This document shows, one piece after another, positions 45,101 to 53,657 of a DNA stretch of 53,657 nt (position 1 is the stretch's first letter; the number at the start of each line of letters is the position of its first letter). The notes under the pieces were generated by a model that saw only the letters and a list, made by a program, of their open reading frames with translations, had not been told where the DNA came from and searched no databases. Both the position numbers and the translations under genes were made by a program. The stretch comes from Salpingoeca rosetta (taxonomy: Eukaryota > Protista > Choanoflagellata): positions 2,743,421 through 2,797,077 of the forward strand of contig JAWQFM010000003.1 of assembly GCA_033442325.1 (NCBI GenBank). The letters run 5' to 3'.

Positions 45101-48100
45101 GCGGCGGGTGTGCGCGCGTTGAGGCGACTGCGCGTGACTTTGGCATGGTGCTTTCTGGGCCGGTGCTGCTGATTTCGGACACTGGCGCGATGGTTGAGTC
45201 CAGCGGGGACGCGTGGACATACCTTGCTGAAGGGCGGATCACGTCTGTGTCGCCGAGCGCGGGGCAGGACGGCACTGAGGTGCACATCCGCGGCGAGCTG
45301 CTGCTGGGTGGCGGCACGAGTGCTTCTCGCGTGACGCTGGCTGGCGTGGCGGCGTTTGTGCTGACATCGAATGAGACGGACGTTGTGGTGCGCGCGTTCC
45401 CCGGGACGAGCAGCGGCGACGTTGTGATTGTTGGGGACACTGGCGTGAGCGTGCGGCTGACGAATGCATGGACCTACAGCGTGATTGAGAGCGTTGAGCC
45501 TGCATTTGGGCAGCGCGGCACGGTTGTGACGCTGAGCGGGCGCGCCTTGCTTGGCGGCGAGGGCGACGTGTCACGGGTGCTCCTTGGCAGCGTGGAAGTG
45601 AGCGCGATCCTGCGGAACAGCAGCGACGAGGTTGTTGTTGTTGCTGGCGACCGGACTGTGTTTGCTGACGCGGTTGGGCACGTTGAGATTGAGCTTGCGA
45701 GCGGACGGCAGGTTGTTCTTCGGGATGCTTGGACGTACCGGCGTGCGGGCTCGATTGCGAGCGTTGTGCCTGCGTCTGGGCACTTTGGAACGGTGGTGCG
45801 CATTGGCGGCAGCCGGCTGCTTGGCCATGGGCAGTCGCTGGTTGGTGCAACGCTGGCTGGCGTGGCTGCTGAAGTTGTGTCTGCGAGCAACACGGACGTT
45901 GTGCTGGTGGCGAATGCAAGCAGCAGCGCACGCTCTGGCAACGTTGTTCTCATTGCGGACACTGGTGCGACGGTTGTTCTTGAGGACGGCACGAGCGGGC
46001 TTGCGGAGTGGACGTACGTGGCGCCCGGCGTGATCAGCGAGGTTGAGCCGAGCTTTGGGCAGGTTGACACGCGCGTGACGGTGCGCGGGAGCGGCCTGCG
46101 CGGCGGCGCGGCGAGCACGGCACGAGTTGTGCTGGCTGGCGTTGAGGCGACGCAGGTTGTGTCTGACAGCGACAGCGAGATTGTTGTTGTTGCTGGGGCG
46201 ATTGCGGGCGGCGTTTCGCGGGCCAACGGCAGCGTGCGCGTGTTTGGCAGCACGGGTGCTGAGGTGTCTGGGAGCGGCCTGTTTTCGTATGTTGCGCGGG
46301 GCGTGATCAGCGATGTTGAGCCGAGCAGTGGGCACGGCGGGACGCTTGTGACGATCCGGGGCGAGCGGCTTGATGGCAGCGGCGGCAGCGTTGCTCGGGT
46401 GCGGCTTGCTGGGGTGTGGACGAGCGTGATCTTGCGGCAGAACAGCAGCGAGGTAGTTGTTGCAGCGGAGGCGAGCAGCGGCGCTGTTGCGGGCGGCGAT
46501 GTGCTTCTTGAGTCTGCGAGCGGGGCGACGGTGGAGGCGGCTGGGCGGTTCAGCTATGTTGCGCCGGGCGTTGTTTCTGCCGTTGAGCCTGGGAGCGGAA
46601 GCGCGGGCACTGTGGTGACGGTGCGCGGGAGCGGGCTGCTGGGCGGCGGCGGTGCAGCTGCGGCTGTGCGCCTGAGTGGCGTGGAGGCGCAGCAGGTGCT
46701 GTGGTCGAACGAGAGCGTTGTTGTGGCTGTTGCCGGTGCCGGCAGCAATGTGACGGGCGACGTTGAGATTACGGCAGACACTGGTGCTGTGGTGCGCGGG
46801 CTTGCGTCGAGCGGGCGCGGGTTCACGTACGTTGTGGCTGGCGTGATCGAGGCTGTGCAGCCGAGTTCTGGCCGCGTTGGCACGGTGGTGACGCTGTCTG
46901 GGAATGGCCTGCTTGGTGGCGGTAGCGCTGCTGGGCAGGTGAGCCTGGGCGGGGTGCCGTGTGAGGTGCTGACCTCGGGCGCACTTGAGGTGGTTGTGCG
47001 CGTTGGTGCTGGCGGCGTTGGCGGCGCTGTGGGCGATGCTGTGGTTGTGGCTGACACGGGCGCTGAGGTTCGCAAGGCAGCTGCGTGGACGCAAGTTGAC
47101 GCGGGCGCGATTGACAGTGTGACGCCCGGGTCTGGACAGGCTGGGACGCTTGTGAATGTGACTGGGCGTGTGCTGCTGGGCGGGCGGGAGCCGGATTGTT
47201 GAGGTTATTCTCGGCGGGACGGCTGCGTCTGCTGTCGTGGACGGGGACCAGGAGACGTTTGTGACTGTTGTTGCGAACAGAAGCGCGAGCGCCGGCGACG
47301 GCCGCGTGGTTGTTCGCGCAGACACTGGCGCAGAGGTGTCGCTGGACGCTGCATGGAACTACACGGACGTTCCCGTGATCACAGACGTTACACCCAGCTC
47401 TGGCCAGCAAGGCACTGTTGTGACTGTGAGTGGCAACAACCTCCTTGGTGGCGGATCTCAGGTTGTGTCTGGCAGCTTGAGTGGCGTCGCTGTGAGCGAA
47501 GTACTGAGCTCTTCGGACACGCGGGTGGTCGTGGTTGCATCTGCATTGAACACGAGCTCCACGGGTGGAGTTGTGCTGTCTGCTGATAGTGGTGCGACGG
47601 TTACATTGAGCCAGGCGTGGACGTACTTGGAGCCTGCCGTCATTACAGGCGTGGAGCCCAGCTCTGGCCTCCTTGGCACACTGGTCACCATCTCTGGAAC
47701 TGGCCTTTTGGGCGGCGGCAATAGGACGGCGACTGCTTGGTTTGGAGCGACGGAAGCCGAGAGCGTCGAGGCGTCATCCGACAGTGTCGTTGTTGTGCGT
47801 GTGGGCCCAAGTGCACCTAGCCTCGTTCAGGTGCGGCTGCAATCTGACAGTGGTGCTTGGGTGCGCTTGGAAGATGCGTTCCAAGTGCTTCCAGCTGGAG
47901 TCGTTGAGGCTGTGTCGCCGGCTTACGGCCAGGCAGGTACACGCGTGACGATCACTGGGCACACATTGCTGGCTGACGGCGTGAATCTCACACAAGTGCG
48001 CCTGGCTGGCGTGGAAGCTGAGATCGAGTCAGCAAACGCAACGCAAGTTGTTGTTGTTGCCGCGCATGCATCTGCTGGTGTTGGCGATGTCGTGCTTGTA

Positions 48101-49277
48101 GCTGACACGCTTGGTCGTGTTGAGGCTGCTGGTGCGTGGGAGTACCGCCGACGCGGACAGATCTCGTCCATCACACCCACTTCTGGTCATGAGGGCACTG
48201 AAGTGCTGATTTTGGGCCAGGATCTGCTGGGTCACGGTGAGGACCTGGTTCAAGTGCGCCTGGGTGGAGTTGTGGCACGTCTTCTTGACCGTAACAACTT
48301 CTTTGCGCGTGTTGTTGCGGGTCGTGGCTCCCCGGCCGGACCAGTTGACGTGCGGCTCACCGCGGACACGGGCGCTGTCGTGGAGCAAGCTGACTTGTGG
48401 ACGTACGTTGCACAGGCTGTGATTAGTTCTGTGACGCCTTTGACAGGGCAGGCTGGTACCTTGGTGACGATTCGTGGCAGCAACCTCTTGGCTGGTGCTG
48501 CGTCTGTGTCTGAGGTTCGCCTTGCCGGCGTCTCAGCCACCATCGTATCCTTCAACGAGTCAGTGGTGATTGCACGTGCTGCTCAGCCACCTGCGTCTGC
48601 TCCTGCTGGTGGAATCAACGTCACAACGTCTTCGGGTGCGTTTTATGGCGGTCCTGCCGGAGTAGTCTGGACTTACATGGATGCTGGTGACATTAACATT
48701 GTCATGCCAAGCCGAGGCAGCTTTGGGACGCGCGTCACGATCGTGGGCACGAACCTGCTTGGCGGAGGGTCGTCGGTGTCACTGGTGGAGCTTGCTGGCG
48801 TTGAGGCACAGGTTGAGTCTGCGACAGCGGGGCAAGTTGTGGTCATTGCACAGGCATCGAACGCCACGAGCGTTGGAGATGTTGTGCTGCACTCTGACAC
48901 TGGTGCTGTCGTCGTCCAGTATGACGCCTGGCAGTACGTGACACCTGGCCGCATTCTGACAGTAACGCCGATGTCTGGACAGGGTGGCACGTACGTTGAC
49001 ATTGTGGGCACAGGGCTCTTGAGCGGCTCGCGCGATGCCGGTGCGGTCCACCTCAGCGGTGTGGCTGCTGTTGTTCTGAGCGCAAACGACACGCACGTGC
49101 GTGCGCGTGCTGGCGAGGGCGTGCCTGGACTCGGGGACGTGGTTGTGACGTCTGCGGATGGCGCGCCTGTTGTGGCTGCGGATGCGTGGACGTACACTGC
49201 AGCTGGCAACATCTCGGGCATTGCCCCTGTGAGCGGTCAGGAGGGCACTCACGTCACCATCCGCGGCGTTGCGCTGC
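30121..49277 (+). CDS. Giant secreted or cell-surface IPT/TIG-repeat protein (>6,300 aa, single exon, 3' end lost in a gap; one +1 frameshift at ~47183)
   Basis: ATG at 30121 followed by a signal peptide (LVASLLLLLLLTLTASSSLAVA). Then roughly 70-75 tandem ~85-aa repeats with consensus I-x-x-V-x-P-x-x-G-Q-x-G-T-x-V-T-I-x-G-x-x-L-L-G-G...V-x-L-A-G...D-T-G-A...W/F-T-Y, typical of IPT/TIG domains. The repeats continue in ORF 47168-49423 up to the gap. Confidence 0.9.
30955..33678 (+). repeat. Internal duplication A, copy 1 (~2.72 kb)
   Basis: Near-identical to 44650-47374. The offset of 13,695 is confirmed by identical alternative-frame ORFs. Confidence 0.95.
41839..42412 (+). repeat. Internal duplication B, copy 1
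   Basis: Near-identical to 48704-49277 (offset 6,865). Confidence 0.95.
44650..47374 (+). repeat. Internal duplication A, copy 2
   Basis: Differences noticed from copy 1: GCT>GTT (A>V) near 44708 and one extra G at 47182-47184. Confidence 0.95.
48704..49277 (+). repeat. Internal duplication B, copy 2 (truncated by the gap)
   Basis: MPS(Q/R)GSFGTRVTIVGTNLL...HVTIRGVAL is repeated at nucleotide level up to the N run. Confidence 0.95.
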
Positions 49278-49377
49278 NNNNNNNNNNNNNNNNNNNNNNN
49301 NNNNNNNNNNNNNNNNNNNNNNNNNNNNNNNNNNNNNNNNNNNNNNNNNNNNNNNNNNNNNNNNNNNNNNNNNNNNN
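49278..49377. other. Assembly gap (100 N, true size probably unknown), hides the C-terminus of the IPT protein
   Basis: Exactly 100 N. Confidence 1.
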
Positions 49378-49589
49378 ATTGGACCTCTCATGCCCAGCAA
49401 TAAACAGCATCGGACAACCTTGATTGTGTATTTCTGCTGCCTCAAACTATCACGCAGTGCCCATCCCGTCTTCAGCACACACACACAGACACACACAGAC
49501 ACACACAGTTACACAGACACACATCCACACAGACACGCACGGTTACACAGACACATACACACACAGTTACACAGACACACAGGCACAAC

Positions 49590-50017
49590 TCAAGCCATTG
49601 TGGATTTGCTGAAGAGGTCAACTGTGATTGCGGAGAGAAAGGCGGGAATGGAGTGGAAACGGTGCAGATTCGCAAGAATGCGCTCATCCAGCGATGCGGA
49701 GAATTGCGTTTCAAGGAGTTGCAGCCCTTGCGGAGACGAAGCAAAGAGGAGATAGTCATCGGCGGACTCCGCGTACATCGAGTGCAGCCGGTACCTTGAG
49801 GCTTGTACCACGTCAATCTGGTAGCCCAGCAGCTCGTAGCACGCTTCGCGGAACTCGCGCACGTTGTTGTTGAACACCTGAGTTGATCGTCAGGAAACCC
49901 GTGCGCACGCATGGCGGAAACGGAGGGGTGCAGTCAGCTGTGCTACGCGCGAGCAAAATGGCAAAGGCGAAGTCACATTGCAGAGATGCCAAAGCGATCA
50001 CGCACACACACACACAC

Positions 50018-50091
<74 letters not shown>

Positions 50092-50518
50092 GCACATGCT
50101 GACCTCTTTGAGGCGCTTGAGGCGAATATCGCGCTGTTCCACTTCGCGCTCGAGCTCTTTCACGCGATCCTGCAGTTTTGGATCCACAACAGACCCTTTC
50201 AACACACACACACACACACACACATATGAGTGTGTGGGAACAGTGGAGCAACATGAACAGGTATGGAATGGACAGCCTGCAAGTTGCATGGAATGAGCCC
50301 CGTCACCCTTGCTCCGTGAGACCAACAAGGCACCTGCTGTCGATGCTGCACCCTTTGCGAGCTGTTCACGCAGGTGGTCGCGCTCCTGCTTCAACCGCGA
50401 GATCTCCGTCTTGCGCGCTTCCTCCGCCCTATGAGCAAAGCGCCGGTGTTGCCGTCACTGGTGAGCAACTCGTTATTGCATGGGGGGGGGGGGCTTGGTG
50501 CGCGCGCGTGTATTGTTG

Positions 50519-50550
<32 letters not shown>

Positions 50551-50553
50551 CTG

Positions 50554-50595
<42 letters not shown>

Positions 50596-53179
50596 GGAAG
50601 GGTTCTGCAGCATCGCACGTGCAACGGAGCAAAAACACATCCGCCACAGATGCTCCGAGCAGTTTTACCATGCGATGGGGTTTGACTTGAGGTGCAGGAT
50701 TTTCGTACGGCGCGGATCAACAGTTTCTCCGGCTGCTGTTGCTGCTGTTTGGAGGTTAATCTCAGTGCACATGAGAGTTGGTCCCGAGGTAGCAGGCAGG
50801 TGCAAGGCAAGCGCCAAGCAGGGCAGCCATGCACGCAGAGCAAAGCATCAATTGGGGGTCTCTCACGTTCGTCAGCATCCGTGTTCATTGCGCTGTCGCG
50901 CTCGCGTTTCAGGCGCTCAAGCTCCTTCTCGCGCTCCTGCGGATGTGTGGTGCGATGCCCGGGAAGACGAACAGTAGGGGGGGGGGGGGAGAAGGGGTGG
51001 CGGTGGAAGTGGAGGCGGAGGCAGAGGAGCGGAGAATGAGCATGGCCACATCAGCGCAGAAGATGCATGCAAGGGCTCGAGCAGGAAAAAAAAAAAAAAA
51101 CACAAGACCGTGAGCAGCGAGACGCACCGCCAGGGTTCCCTGCAGTCGCAGCATCTCCGCTTCGAGCTTCTTGTGGTGCTCCTACAAACCAACGTGGGAC
51201 ACAAATAAGCGTGATTACCAAGGCGCGCCCACTCACACACACACACATGCACACACACACGTGCACACACACACACACACGCACACATGCACACACACAC
51301 ACACGCACACATGCACACACACACGCACACAGACAGTTGGGGCCAAACGTGCATGACGTGCAAAAGGACAGAAGGCTGTTTATTGCAGCAGCATATTGAG
51401 AGGAACTGACCTGGTACTCCTTGAGGTGCTTTGACACCTTCTGCTCCGCGGTGGCCTTGGAAAAGCTCTCTTGGTGTTCCACCATCTTCATGCTCAGGTC
51501 CTGCACCTTGTCTCGCTCAGACCGCAGGTACTGGCACTGCCGCTCCAGCGCCGCTGCCCGGCTCTCAAGCGCAGACACCGAAGCCTGCGCACATGGACAA
51601 GCAGGGCATGGTGGTGTGTGTTGTGGGGGTGTGGGAGTGGGTGGTGGGAAACGGAGAGGAAATATGTTTGCGCAAGCGGCTCAAGGCAGTAACTTCTCTG
51701 AGGCGCGGTCATCGACTTACACACAACAGCAACACCAACAACACCTTCATCTCCGATTCCTTTGTATGCGCCTGTTCCAGCTGCGCGTGTGCACTCGATA
51801 GCTTCTGCTGCAGCGCCTTGGACTCAAGTTCAAACTGTTGTGCGCGGTTGCGACACACTGAAAACACATCACACACGCACATGCAACAACGTGCAGGATA
51901 CATGGCATGAGCTGGGCACGAGTGCAGGCACGGCACAGGTCAAGCATCGTGATTGCATGCAAAGATTACATGTTCAACAGGGACGTACGCAGGAGGTCGG
52001 ATTGCATGGTGCGGAGCGACTCCAGGACTTGATCTTCGCTCACGTCATCCGAAAACAGGAAACGCCTGTATCACACACACATGTTGATAAACAGCACGGA
52101 AGAGTGAGTGCATGGTGCCATCGGGGCGTCATCAGCAAGAGCATGATCATTATCATCTTGTTGCCGTGCTGACCTGACAAACGGGGCGATCTTGCGCCAT
52201 GTCGTGTGAAACGCCTTCAGGTCGTCGTAGTCGTGTGTTTGCGTTTCGAGATTGGCCAGCTGCTCCGTCTTGCGTTGCAGCTGCTTCTGCGCACTTGCCA
52301 GCTTTTCTTTGTACAGCGCAGCACTCTCGCGTCCCTTGACATCCCGAACGCGCATGCACATGGGTGTGAGCGATTGCGTATGGGTATGTGAATGTGCGTG
52401 AATGTGTGTGTGTGTGTGTGTGACGCGGTGTAAACACAGGCCCTGGTCTCAAAGCCGCCACCGCCACACAACACAGGAGCACACATGCAATCATGTTCAC
52501 ATGGGCGCACCTGCTTGAGCTGCCTGACTTCATCCTGCAGTCTGCGGATGGTGCGCAGGTGCTGTCCAGAGTGGTGCTTCTCGGCGTCTTCCTTCTCCTC
52601 CACCGCCACCGCCAGCCGGCGCTCAAGCTCCTTGATCCGCTGCTCCTGTCGCTGCTGTTCACCTACGGCATCCTTCGACACCAGCGCCGGCGATAAGGAC
52701 GACGAGGACGATGACGATGTTGCTGTCGCCTGTGCTGGTGACACGCCCGCCCCAGCACGTTGCTCCTCAATCGTGCGCAGCTTGGAGCGCAGTCGCTTCA
52801 CGGTTGCGGCTGTTGTCTTGAGCTCGCCCTCCAGCTCAAGCTCCCGCCGCTTGTGCTTGTGCGACTCCGCCAGTCGCTGCTGATCCTTGGCCGTCACCTC
52901 CGCCTCCTTCTTCGCCAGCGCTTCACGCGCACTCTGCATCTGCGCATGCAGGTCCTTCATTCTGCAAACGTGCACGGATGAGGGTGGTAGTCAGTCAACA
53001 AGCAATATGGCATGGTACAAGCACATGCGCGACATGACCACCTGGGGAGGGGCAGGCACCACGACAGCAGTAGCAAAAGCAAAGCCACACCGCGGGTCTG
53101 TCTCTGTGCATGCATGCATGTGTTTGTTTGTTTGTTTGTTTTTTGTTTGTTTGTTTGTTTGTTTGTTTGTGTGTGTGTG

Positions 53180-53248
<69 letters not shown>

Positions 53249-53503
53249 CTCGGCCTCAGCCTCAGCCGCGCGCGCGCTCACTCTCTCACTCTCTGCCTGT
53301 CTGTGTCTCTCTGAGCGCGGTGCACGTGGGTGAGCGCTGAACCTTGTGTGATGCTGCTGTTCGGCCTTTGTGAGGGATTCCAGAGTGTCCTTGAGCTCCT
53401 TGTCCAAGCGCTCCACTTGCTCCAGCAAGAAGTCGCGCTGCCGTTCCACGCCAGCGAGCCGCGACGAGAACTCGCTGCTGTCTACAGAAATATCGACGGC
53501 CAT
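49590..53503 (-). CDS. MAD1: Mitotic spindle assembly checkpoint protein MAD1 (multi-exon; 5' end uncertain)
   Basis: Coiled-coil exons. Mad2-interacting motif RTKILHLKSNP (~50675-50710) and RLK motif IRLKRLKEV. The C-terminal domain reads FREACYELLGYQID...YRLHSMYAE...LLETQF...SIPAFLSAITVDLF. Confidence 0.93.
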
Positions 53504-53657
53504 GCATAAGAAGGTGGCGGGGGGGGGCGTGATGCGAGCGGATGAGGTGCAGTGCAGTCACAACCACATGCTTTGCAGTGCAACAGAGAGGACAAACTTG
53601 ACCGCGACGGGCGCTCGCGCGCGCACACATGCGCAGGCACACACACACACACACACA

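Noticed and set aside
30208-49252. Long antisense ORFs (up to 584 aa) opposite the IPT gene
   Set aside because: These are expected shadows of a GC-rich coding strand. They have no recognisable domains and are duplicated passively with the sense repeats.

Overview
Eukaryotic, intron-rich genomic scaffold with three N-gaps. Its introns are packed with (CA)n/(TG)n microsatellites. The gene content and intron style suggest a choanoflagellate such as Salpingoeca (inference). It is gene-dense. On the minus strand, a TSEN54 tRNA-splicing endonuclease subunit lies head-to-head with a plus-strand four-domain Cav1/2-type voltage-gated Ca2+ channel. Then come an intronless secreted GH31-fold protein (+), mitochondrial ATP synthase subunit f (+), a RIN-family SH2-VPS9 Rab5 GEF (-), a single-exon gene of at least 19 kb for a giant secreted IPT/TIG-repeat protein that runs into a gap (+), and MAD1 (-). 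Most interesting: (1) the channel's I-II linker appears to carry a ubiquitin-like domain in front of a degenerate AID, and the channel has a D-containing selectivity filter and a very short C-tail; (2) the GH31 protein lacks both catalytic Asp residues and has a mucin-like Thr-rich insert; (3) the >6,300-aa IPT array contains near-identical kb-scale internal duplications; (4) a compositionally foreign ~380-bp insert sits in a TSEN54 intron. Gene models were built by eye from GT-AG sites and recalled family motifs; no searches were run.
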